A stretch of 61,765 nt of DNA, taken from the NCBI GenBank assembly GCA_021848065.1, contig JAJZNA010000007.1, positions 1 through 61,765 of the forward strand, given 5' to 3'. Both the position numbers and the translations under genes were made by a program. This document shows positions 1 to 8,096 of the stretch, in pieces; the first letter of the stretch is position 1; each line of letters begins with the position of its first letter. The notes beneath the pieces were generated by a model that saw nothing but the letters and a program-made list of their open reading frames with translations, was not told where the DNA came from and ran no database searches. The DNA comes from Candidatus Micrarchaeota archaeon (lineage in GTDB: Archaea; Micrarchaeota; Micrarchaeia; Micrarchaeales; CABMGC01).

Positions 1-95
1 ATATTATTTACACGCTCATATTTATATAGCTATATGCCTATCTAATTCGCATTCATCCCCTATCTGAAGGATAGGGGCTTTCTGCTAAGCATTCT
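1..95 (-). mobile_element. Left end of an IS200/IS605-family (tnpB-type) element running off the window start
   Basis: Hairpin CCCCTATC-TGAAG-GATAGGGG (57-77) closely resembles the left-end hairpin of the complete element (ACTCCTATC-TCAAG-GATAGGAGT, 41652-41674). TATATAAA on - strand at 21-28. TTTAC lies just outside (96-100, - strand). Confidence 0.7.
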
Positions 96-179
96 GTAAA
101 CTACCCCCCCCCCCCATAAATGGCGTGGGCTTCCTTGTCGGGATTAGGTGACTGCATGCGCGGAATTGGCTGGGCCTTT

Positions 180-1676
180 TCAGAATAAGTAGATGGCCTC
201 AAGACGTAAGACCTTCTTTGCAAACTTCAGGATAGGGTTGGAGTTCCACTTCACGTCCTTGACAAGGGCCTTATACTTGACCTTCTCTTCTGGGCTTAGC
301 TTACCCTCCTTTACAATGGTCTGTTTCTTTCCGTCAACTATCTGGGTCTCTGTCTTGCTTATGATATCCTTGCGCACCATGGCGTACCATTCGTCCAAGG
401 TGTTTCCGTGGGATTTGATCATGCTGATGAAATCCCCCATGTGCACCTTCCTCTTCTTGCCTGTGCGGTCTTCCTCAACAGCTGGTATAAGCGCAGCCTT
501 GTCGCATATCTCATCTATGTCTGCCTGTGAGAAGCCTATTGTGGCCCTTGCAAGCCTTCCGAAGTTTATCCTTGCTATAGGTATCCTTTTGGTGTTGTAT
601 ATGAACGCGTTCTTACGGGTTATGTAATCTGGGGGAGGGATGTATATAGTCTCTCCAAACCGTTTGCTCCTCTTCAGAGCAGGGTCTATGTCCCAGGGTT
701 GGTTCGTTGCCCCGATCACGAACAGCCCTTCAGGATTCTTTTCGACGCCGTCCATTTCCTGCAGGAACTGGTTCACGGCCATCTTCATGAAGCTCTGGCC
801 TTCCCCTCCGCCGCCTCCGCCGCCATCCCTCTTGACTCCAAGCGCATCTAGTTCGTCGAAGAAGACTATGCACGGCGCGGCCTTTCTTGCCTGCTCGAAT
901 ATTGCGTGCATATTCTTCTCAGTATTACCAGCATACATATCCACGATCTCGTTTATCGCGGCTATTATGACATTGGACCCGGTCTCTCCGGCTATTGCAT
1001 TTACAAAGTACGTTTTTCCGCAGCCAGGAGGCCCATAGAATATGACCCCCAGCCCTAGCTTCTTTCCGTAGGCCTTGAGGAGGTCCGGTTTCTTTATCGC
1101 GAGTATTATGTTATCGTATATCAGCTTTTTCTGCTTGGACATGCCCACTACGTCAGCGAATTTTATTCCAGACTTGTGGAACCTGACCTTTTTTAGCTGC
1201 CCTTCCTGCACCACAGTCCTGTCTTCTTCCGCAGTGCCGGTTGCAGCAGGTATCTCAGGATGCCTTGCAGCCTTGTTCTTCAATGACTCGAGCCTCTGCC
1301 TAGCCTGCTCATACTTGGGATTCTTGGCTAGCGCCTTCTCGTACCATGCCTTTGCGGCCTCGTAGTCGTTCTGGTATTCCGCAATTATGCCCATCACGTA
1401 TGGCGCATCATGGCTGTCAGGCTCGAGCTCGAGGACCTTGTTTGCATCTGCAGTGGCGTCCGAGTATTTGCTAAGTATGGCATACGCCAAGGCCCTGTTG
1501 AAATATGCACTGGAGTAGCTGGGATCCTCGATTATGGCCTGGCTATAGGAAGATATGGCCTCCTCGAACTTGTTTTCTTCGAAAAGGACTCCTGCCTTCT
1601 TGTACATCTCCTTGGCCTTTGGATTAGGGGTGTCAAGTTTTGGTTTTGATTCTTCTGTCTTTGAGCTTGTTACCAC
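180..1676 (-). CDS. TPR-repeat-containing AAA+ ATPase (single CDC48/Vps4-like AAA domain)
   Basis: N-terminal TPRs (AYFNRALAY, APYVMGIIAE); Walker A GPPGCGKT; Walker B FFDELD; ATNQPWDIDPALKR second region of homology. Confidence 0.9.
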   Translation of the reverse strand: MVTSSKTEESKPKLDTPNPKAKEMYKKAGVLFEENKFEEAISSYSQAIIEDPSYSSAYFNRALAYAILSKYSDATADANKVLELEPDSHDAPYVMGIIAEYQNDYEAAKAWYEKALAKNPKYEQARQRLESLKNKAARHPEIPAATGTAEEDRTVVQEGQLKKVRFHKSGIKFADVVGMSKQKKLIYDNIILAIKKPDLLKAYGKKLGLGVIFYGPPGCGKTYFVNAIAGETGSNVIIAAINEIVDMYAGNTEKNMHAIFEQARKAAPCIVFFDELDALGVKRDGGGGGGGEGQSFMKMAVNQFLQEMDGVEKNPEGLFVIGATNQPWDIDPALKRSKRFGETIYIPPPDYITRKNAFIYNTKRIPIARINFGRLARATIGFSQADIDEICDKAALIPAVEEDRTGKKRKVHMGDFISMIKSHGNTLDEWYAMVRKDIISKTETQIVDGKKQTIVKEGKLSPEEKVKYKALVKDVKWNSNPILKFAKKVLRLEAIYLF

Positions 1677-1790
1677 TGCATCAACTTAGTATAAGTATAC
1701 TTTGCTTCGGCTTCATTTATATACCTTGGCGAACGGCTTGGCAGGTAGGACTGACGATAACACGGCCAGCATAACCGGTGCAGAACTGCA

Positions 1791-2201
1791 TCAGTACTTG
1801 TCAAGGAGCTCGTTAAGGGAAGCATCCACTTCAACTATATTGGGATTTTCCCTGGGTACGTGCGTGAGCGAGTACTTTGTAAACTTCTTAAGGGACCCTA
1901 GCGCATCCCCGTTAAGCTTCTTGAGCTCGGTGCTGTTCACCTTGTAGTTGCCATTCAATTGGCTGACAACGAGTTTGCTATCGGAATAGATATTGAGCTC
2001 GATATCGTACCCATATTCATGAGCGACAGACTCAAGCGCCGCTATTATTGCAAGGTACTCTGCCACGTTGTTCGTCTTTATCCCGTTATAGAATGACTTC
2101 TTGAATAGCAGGTTGCCGTCAGACCCCAGAACCATGTAGCCTGATGCGCTCTTTCCAGGGTTGTTCCTAGAGGCGCCATCGGTGTATACGTTTACTATCA
2201 T
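1791..2201 (-). CDS. rnhA: Ribonuclease HI (archaeal/Bacillus type)
   Basis: YTDGASRNNPG, TNNVAEY, YSDSKLVV, HVPRENP motifs. Confidence 0.92.
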   Translation of the reverse strand: MIVNVYTDGASRNNPGKSASGYMVLGSDGNLLFKKSFYNGIKTNNVAEYLAIIAALESVAHEYGYDIELNIYSDSKLVVSQLNGNYKVNSTELKKLNGDALGSLKKFTKYSLTHVPRENPNIVEVDASLNELLDKY

Positions 2202-2278
2202 ATTACCATCGGCTTTTCAATGGTATTTGGCTCAAAAAGTATTAATAGGCAAGGGTGGCTGCCATGCTTCTTGGGCAG

Positions 2279-2460
2279 AATAGGACGATTCACGCCAAGT
2301 TAGTGGCACCGCATAGGACTAAAGCCAGAGGCTTATCGGGTAATTGGTGTCCTAGGATTATGTTCTCGGCTCTGCGAGGCAGTTTGCACCGCAACATGCA
2401 GCGCATTTGCCACGTCTTCACGAGCGTGACTCCAGACTAGTTGAAGGGGCAAGACCTATT
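2279..2460 (+). ncRNA. Putative structured non-coding RNA (possibly HgcC-like)
   Basis: Upstream AAAAAGTATTAATA BRE/TATA (2234-2247). Nested stems AATAGG/CCTATT, GATTCACGC/GCGTGACTC, GTGGCA/TGCCAC, TAGGAC/GTCCTA. Downstream T-tract. No credible ORF. Confidence 0.65.
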
Positions 2461-2529
2461 TTTCAGGCCTTCAAATACCGTATATTATAAATTTTGCTGC
2501 GTTTAAGATTATCTGCGACAGGGTTTTAC

Positions 2530-2943
2530 ATGGGAATTTTCGATTTGTTTGGAAAAAAAGATGTCAAAGCGGACTTGGGCAGGCAGCTGCCGTACAGGAT
2601 AGGCATGGCATTCGTACCGTTCAAGCTTAAGGCAAACAACAGGAGCACGTCTACCCTGACTGTAAACGTCAAGAACATGACTAACGAGCCAGTCATGAGC
2701 TCTGTTGTAGTGCAGGTGCCGGAACGGGTAAGCCTTGACAGCACAGGCTTGTCCAAGGAGAAAGAGGTGAGGCTCGGGGTGCTGGGGCCTAACGAGCAGA
2801 AGGACGCCTTTGTAGAGCTCTACAGCAACTCAGGCACTGACAAGGGAGAGTATACAATCACCGTAACAGCATTCATACATTACAGGGATTATGGCCACGT
2901 GCTCAATGCCATGAAGAAGAGATCCACTATAGAGGCAGTTTAG
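2530..2943 (+). CDS. Hypothetical protein, beta-sandwich/Ig-like
   Basis: Alternating beta pattern (TLTVNVKNMTNEP, GEYTITVTA); host-like codon usage; start trimmed to ATG 2530. Confidence 0.7.
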   Translation: MGIFDLFGKKDVKADLGRQLPYRIGMAFVPFKLKANNRSTSTLTVNVKNMTNEPVMSSVVVQVPERVSLDSTGLSKEKEVRLGVLGPNEQKDAFVELYSNSGTDKGEYTITVTAFIHYRDYGHVLNAMKKRSTIEAV

Positions 2944-2950
2944 GCAAGCC

Positions 2951-3268
2951 TTATTTTGGAGGCTGCGCGGGCGCGGGTTTTTGCTGCAAAGGCTCTGGAG
3001 TACTTATCCTTTCGGATACAGAGGCGATGTCTTTTGCAATCTTGTTTCCCTTTTCCGTGAGATAAAGCCGCTTTACCCTTCCGTGTTTCTCTGATGCAAC
3101 TATCCCGTATTCCTCACACTTCTTTATGAACTTGCTGGTGTGGACGTACGTCACGTTTGCCTCCTTTGCAAGGTCTGAAAGATGCCACTCCTTATTTGGA
3201 CGGGTAAGCAGGGATAAAAGGCGCAGCTGCTTCTCCTTGAACAGCAGCATGCCTATAGAGTCTCCCAT
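2951..3268 (-). CDS. Winged-helix (MarR-like) DNA-binding protein
   Basis: LSDLAKEANVT...EEYGIV...HGRVKRLYLTEKG wHTH signature; start uncertain (3268 or 3250). Confidence 0.85.
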   Translation of the reverse strand: MGDSIGMLLFKEKQLRLLSLLTRPNKEWHLSDLAKEANVTYVHTSKFIKKCEEYGIVASEKHGRVKRLYLTEKGNKIAKDIASVSERISTPEPLQQKPAPAQPPK

Positions 3269-3404
3269 CAGGTTACCGAAAATGGTATCTCGTCCCACAT
3301 TTATAAGCATTGGCAGGGACGCCTCCACTGCGCCCTTAAATTCATACAAATGTATATAAATATTGCATCGTCAAGTAATAAATGGAAGAAGACCAGGTGT
3401 GTAT

Positions 3405-3659
3405 ATGGTGAAATATGTTATAGCAGAGCAACTCGTAGGAAAGGAAGTGGTTACAAGCGATGGATTTGATTTGGGCAAGTTCATAGACGCAGAAGTGCAC
3501 GAGACCAACGGAAAGCTTGCTGCACTGATAGTTGAGCCCAACGTTGACAGCGAGTATGTGAACAGGCTGGACATAAAAGGAGGAAGGCTTCAGGTCCCAT
3601 ACACGAGCGTCATGGCCGTTAATGATTTTATTGTAGTAGACAAGAAATCACTACAGTAA
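3405..3659 (+). CDS. PRC-barrel domain protein
   Basis: LVGKEVVTSDGFDLGK...VPYTSVMAVNDFIVV; GGTG-N5-ATG start. Confidence 0.9.
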   Translation: MVKYVIAEQLVGKEVVTSDGFDLGKFIDAEVHETNGKLAALIVEPNVDSEYVNRLDIKGGRLQVPYTSVMAVNDFIVVDKKSLQ

Positions 3660-3668
3660 GGTGTTCTC

Positions 3669-4376
3669 ATTATAATAGCAGGCGGCGATGAGGCTGGCCG
3701 CGGGGCCGTGATAGGCCCGCTGGTCATAAGCCTGATAAGCATCGGCAAGGGAAAGGAGGCCAAGCTTGCTAAGGTAGGGGTTCGAGATTCTAAGCTGCTT
3801 AGCAGGAAGAAGCGGGAATTCCTATACGACGAAATTACATCGATAGCCGAGGAGATAAGGGTATACCGGATATCCAACACCGAGATAAATAAGGCTATGG
3901 CAGGAGGCGTCTCCCTGAACAGCATAGAGGCATTGAACTTCGCAAGGCTTATAGACGCGCTGACTAAGAATCCCAAGGAGATATACCTGGACTCCCCTGA
4001 TGTGGTGGAGCACAAGTTTGGCATACGAGTATGCCTCTTCTCCAAGAGGAGCTTGATAATAAACAATAGCGGAGGATATAGCAACCCTGTGGAAGGGGAC
4101 AGGCAGGAGATAAAGCTCATATCAGAGCACAAGGCGGATGCAAGATATCCGGTGGTGTCGGCAGCCAGCATAATAGCCAAGGTGACAAGAGACGCTGAGA
4201 TGGACAGGATATCCGAGGACCTTGGCATAGACCTTGGATCTGGATATCCATCTGATGCAAAGACAATACGGGCAATAAAGGAGAACCTAAAGGAAAAGTC
4301 GGTGATGGCATATATACGGGACAGATGGAAGACCATAGAGCTCGTGAAGCAGGCCAAGATAGACGAGTTCATCTGA
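3669..4376 (+). CDS. rnhB: Ribonuclease HII (inferred ATT start)
   Basis: GGDEAGRGAVIGPL lies upstream of the ORF-track GTG; DSKLL, VSAASIIAKV, GSGYPSD; C-terminal PIP-like QAKIDEF. Confidence 0.95.
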   Translation: MIIAGGDEAGRGAVIGPLVISLISIGKGKEAKLAKVGVRDSKLLSRKKREFLYDEITSIAEEIRVYRISNTEINKAMAGGVSLNSIEALNFARLIDALTKNPKEIYLDSPDVVEHKFGIRVCLFSKRSLIINNSGGYSNPVEGDRQEIKLISEHKADARYPVVSAASIIAKVTRDAEMDRISEDLGIDLGSGYPSDAKTIRAIKENLKEKSVMAYIRDRWKTIELVKQAKIDEFI

Positions 4377-4456
4377 TTTTGCAGGAAGTGCTTGGCTAGG
4401 ATGTGCTGCTACTGGCAAATAAGCAGGTATTAATCCTTTCGCTGCAAGATAGGTAC

Positions 4457-5476
4457 ATGGACAGCGAAAGCTGGAAGAAGACGGTAAACCTACTCATAAT
4501 AGCGCTCAACGGAAGCTCTGCACTACTAGTGCTGGGATCTCTGTTTCTGGTGGAGATTTTCTCAGTCATATACGGCTTGAGCAACGGCATCGCGGTCCAG
4601 AGCGGTTACAGCGGCGTGGCAGTTGCAAGCGCACTTCAGGGGTTAGTATCGCAGAGCGTATACCTGCATGATGGAATACTGGAATCCTACGTGCTTACAA
4701 TAGTTGCACTTATGCTGCTGGAGACCTCGTTCATGCTCTTTCTCAGGAGGAACGAGAGGGCCTCGGGAGGCGCACGCAGGTATGTTGCCATGCACACAGG
4801 CTTCGGCTTCATATACGCACTGATATTCGCTATTGTATTCATAGATTCTGCAACCTACCTCAACGAGATATACCTGTGGGCGATATACATTGGGATAGCC
4901 GCTACTCTTTCCATAGGCATAGCCCTCAATTACGTGATAAGGCTCCCAGGCAACCATTCCACCGGCATGAGGAGGAGCATAAAGGTGGATCCGAGCAGGC
5001 CATTTAGCAACATGATGGAGCTGCGGGACCAGATATTCGGCAACATGCACGGAGACATAAGGGTTGTGGATAAGCATTTCAATTCGGTTGCCCTGTCCAA
5101 CTTCCATAGGCTTGTAGTAGACAGCATAAAGCAGTTCAAGAGCGTAACAATAATAACATCCACAGAGATGATGGACACAAATTTCGGGAAGAACGTGTCG
5201 GATTTCAAGAGGGAGATGGAGTCAGACAATGTCAAGTTCGAACTCAGGTTCATGGACGAGGGAGACAAGGTTGAGCAGCATGAGCGCATAATACTTGACG
5301 ATGCGGTGGCCTACAAGATCCCACCTTTCAACATAATAAATAACAGGAGCGAACACGTCATAATGATAGGCCACAATGAGGCGCGCAAGAGGTTCGATTA
5401 CCTTTACAGAAGGGCAATAAGCTTCCAGAACTATTCCATAAAGCAGGCAAGGAAACCAGAAGCACAGGGCATATAG
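4457..5476 (+). CDS. Membrane protein (about 4 TM) with C-terminal PLD-like domain
   Basis: Hydrophobic N-terminal half; IRVVDKHF and HERIILDD (HxRxxxxD) motifs in soluble C-terminal half. Confidence 0.65.
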   Translation: MDSESWKKTVNLLIIALNGSSALLVLGSLFLVEIFSVIYGLSNGIAVQSGYSGVAVASALQGLVSQSVYLHDGILESYVLTIVALMLLETSFMLFLRRNERASGGARRYVAMHTGFGFIYALIFAIVFIDSATYLNEIYLWAIYIGIAATLSIGIALNYVIRLPGNHSTGMRRSIKVDPSRPFSNMMELRDQIFGNMHGDIRVVDKHFNSVALSNFHRLVVDSIKQFKSVTIITSTEMMDTNFGKNVSDFKREMESDNVKFELRFMDEGDKVEQHERIILDDAVAYKIPPFNIINNRSEHVIMIGHNEARKRFDYLYRRAISFQNYSIKQARKPEAQGI

Positions 5477-5562
5477 AAATAGGACACATTTAGCCCATTT
5501 ATAGCCCTCCGTTAAAATTTTTCGTTCTAGGAAACTTCGGCGTATGGGTATAACTGTTATTT

Positions 5563-6183
5563 TTATATTTTTGCTTTCTGTTGGAAGTATACCTTTAGTC
5601 CTACCAGTACAACAATAATCAATATAACCGCAATTACAAAAACTGTTCTAGAGTTACCGGTCCCCACAATTTCTATGCTTTGCGTAGCAGTTCTGTTTAC
5701 AAATGCTGATGAATTAATTTCGGCAGGACCCCCTGGGTCTACACCGTAGTGCATATACTCAATAACCATAGTGACATGCGCACTTAGATTATATGCATCT
5801 ATAACAGTTACAGTTACATTCTCATCCACAACTCCTGCGTACCATGGATTCGTATTTCTAGGAGCCAATACTTCGAATATTCCTGATTTAATGTCATTTG
5901 CTGTGCCGATATATTCTATTGTAGGTATTCCATTGAAAGTCCATATTATCTCTTTAATTGGGACAGCATCAATCACATTTACTGATGCATCGTGTGTATA
6001 ATAAATTGGACAGCCAGGCATAGTCCCAGAGCCATTCAATGCAGTGCACCATGGCTCTACAAATGCCGTGGTGTTCCCAGGAATTATTATATTACCAACT
6101 ATAGCCGGCTGTGCGTAGACTAGTCCAGCCAGTACATAAGCCAACATTAGAAACAGTATTATAGTTTTATTTGACAATGCCAT
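5563..6183 (-). CDS. Secreted, C-terminally membrane-anchored hypothetical protein
   Basis: Signal peptide, several NxT/S sequons, C-terminal TM plus basic tail; AT-rich. Confidence 0.75.
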   Translation of the reverse strand: MALSNKTIILFLMLAYVLAGLVYAQPAIVGNIIIPGNTTAFVEPWCTALNGSGTMPGCPIYYTHDASVNVIDAVPIKEIIWTFNGIPTIEYIGTANDIKSGIFEVLAPRNTNPWYAGVVDENVTVTVIDAYNLSAHVTMVIEYMHYGVDPGGPAEINSSAFVNRTATQSIEIVGTGNSRTVFVIAVILIIVVLVGLKVYFQQKAKI

Positions 6184-6236
6184 TTAACTCCACTGTTGAA
6201 GATAATTTGACTCGAGTTATGATCAATAGATATGAT

Positions 6237-7469
6237 CTAATTGCTACTTATCCATGCATCAATCCATGAATTGGCTCCGGAAATGGTAGATGGCACCACA
6301 TCCTCACTGCGATGATACAAAAAGAATTGCCCTACTGGGTCATTATTACTATTTATGGGTCTACAGGAGAATGAACTTCCGCACAAATACCCAGTAAAGG
6401 CTGAACCTGAAAATTCAGGTAGTTGGAAGACAGATACGGTTTTGCCATTGTCTGTGAAATTGTAACATCCAGAACCATTGCACCCTGCTGGTGATTCAAA
6501 TATGTACCAGCCATAATAGTCATTACCACCAGAACACCCCATATACTGCGAAGTTGAAGACGACCCTTCTTTCCATTCCTGGACCCATAGCAATCCACCA
6601 GTTGCACAATTACCATTTGCCAGAGTAGATAGTGCTATTGTTTGCCCTTGCACCCCATTCATCCATGATGGTGGTAAAATGAATGTGGCACTATTGGGAG
6701 GCTGTTGAACAAATAAGGCAAATCCGTTGGTATTAGCATTTTTAACAGCACTTGTTTGATTATAACCACCCCAGACTATACCACCTTGCACAAAATTTCC
6801 AGACCCAGGACCCCCAGTAATTCCGGTCCATTCTCCAAACACGCAGCAAGCATGGGTAGCACTAAGTGGGCCAGTTAGGGTACTTGGAACAGTGACGTTG
6901 CCATAAACTTGAGTTAAGGAAGAATTACTATTACATGGAGATCCACTATTACAATATTTGGCCCCATAACCTCCCCAATTATTTGAAACTGAACTGCCAA
7001 AAGAAACATTAGATCTTGAGGTGTAATACATATCGTGTATAGTACTATTTGAGACGTATAAATCTACGATTATATAAGATGCATTATTTGGTGCAAAAAA
7101 GATTATTCTTTCCGAAGAAGGCATACCAGGACCCCAAGTATATCCAAAACTGCTGTATGGATTAATGTGGTACACATTTCCATTTGCCAATTCTTTGAAT
7201 CGTGCAGTCTGCATGATTTCTGGAGCTAGTACAGTACCCATATCGCTAAGGTTGGTGATATCCTTGTAGTTTTCTGGCTTGATGAAGTGAACATTACGGC
7301 TTATTATCATCGTTAGGTTTCCAGTACCAGTAACTATTGGGGCATTGCTTAAATTAAAGGCAAATGCTACAGCAAAAATAGTGGAAAATAGAAATACACC
7401 TACTGCCATGGTTAAAGTCAATGTTCCTTTTAATATACTCTCACCAATTATATTTTTTAAGTAAACCAT
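6237..7469 (-). CDS. Secreted G1-family (eqolisin/scytalidoglutamic) peptidase-like protein
   Basis: SNNWGGY, VTVPS, EWTGITG, FVQGG, YIFESP match G1 motifs SxNWAGY, WVGIDG, LxQxG, WIVEDP. Confidence 0.7.
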   Translation of the reverse strand: MVYLKNIIGESILKGTLTLTMAVGVFLFSTIFAVAFAFNLSNAPIVTGTGNLTMIISRNVHFIKPENYKDITNLSDMGTVLAPEIMQTARFKELANGNVYHINPYSSFGYTWGPGMPSSERIIFFAPNNASYIIVDLYVSNSTIHDMYYTSRSNVSFGSSVSNNWGGYGAKYCNSGSPCNSNSSLTQVYGNVTVPSTLTGPLSATHACCVFGEWTGITGGPGSGNFVQGGIVWGGYNQTSAVKNANTNGFALFVQQPPNSATFILPPSWMNGVQGQTIALSTLANGNCATGGLLWVQEWKEGSSSTSQYMGCSGGNDYYGWYIFESPAGCNGSGCYNFTDNGKTVSVFQLPEFSGSAFTGYLCGSSFSCRPINSNNDPVGQFFLYHRSEDVVPSTISGANSWIDAWISSN

Positions 7470-7634
7470 AAAAGGGCATGGTTTAGCTGATAATTGGATA
7501 AACGCTTAGGGACGAAACTTCTTTAGAAATAATGGCTTTTTCAGACAACCTTGAGATTTTCCGTAAACCACGGTGGGCTCGACGACATAGTGTATGGATT
7601 AGAATTGACACCCACATGCACGGATACGGCGGGG

Positions 7635-8030
7635 CTACTTCTTTTCCTGGACCAGGGCGTATGCAACCGAGTATATGCACTTTGACCTCTTGGTGGAATT
7701 GTAGAACGCCTGTGTCGTATGCGCGTCTGTATCAAGATTTATTATGTCCACACACATGCCGGAATGGTGATGCTGGTGCAGCTCCGTCCTTATGGTGCTC
7801 TCAAACCGATGTATTATGTCGGACACATGGTTCTTCTCGCGTTCGCTATAGGTCAGCACAAATACGCTCTCCACATGGCCGGACAGGGCGTCCATGCCCT
7901 TATAGTCATTCACAAGGCTGGTTATGGCACTCCTGAGGAGCTTGGACCTGCTCTTGAACCCGAGCCTCTTCTGCACCTCGTTGAGCTTCCTAACCTCTTC
8001 CTTGTCCATGGAAACGCTAAGTATCTCCAC
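7635..8030 (-). CDS. NikR-like ribbon-helix-helix metal-responsive regulator
   Basis: ILSVSM...GFKSRSKLLRSAI RHH; ACT-like C-terminus with LHQHHH...C; likely GTG start 8030. Confidence 0.85.
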   Translation of the reverse strand: MEILSVSMDKEEVRKLNEVQKRLGFKSRSKLLRSAITSLVNDYKGMDALSGHVESVFVLTYSEREKNHVSDIIHRFESTIRTELHQHHHSGMCVDIINLDTDAHTTQAFYNSTKRSKCIYSVAYALVQEKK

Positions 8031-8059
8031 AATATCGCCTTTCAGCACGTGAGCTTTTG

Positions 8060-8090
8060 ATTAATAACTTTTACTGAAAAGTTTATTAAT
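8060..8090. promoter_or_regulatory. Inverted repeat forming back-to-back BRE/TATA promoters; candidate operator
   Basis: ATTAATAACTTTT-ACTG-AAAAGTTTATTAAT between the divergent regulator and transporter. Confidence 0.6.
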
Positions 8091-8096
8091 ATTTTC

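Noticed and set aside
104-115. C12 homopolymer next to the IS end
   Set aside because: Intergenic and near the contig edge; length unreliable and no function supportable
193-1649. Long antisense ORFs over the AAA ATPase, and similar shadow ORFs throughout (e.g. 3590-4372, 13915-14646, 36203-36958)
   Set aside because: Mirror frames of well-supported genes with no motifs of their own
2255-2440. 61-aa ORF, and RNase P or SRP identity for this region
   Set aside because: No RBS or recognisable protein; conserved RNase P and SRP motifs are absent
7571-7584. CGGTGGGCTCGACG resembling a reversed tRNA 3' end (possible att site of the AT-rich island)
   Set aside because: Only ~14 nt, no T-loop, and no matching repeat or integrase found
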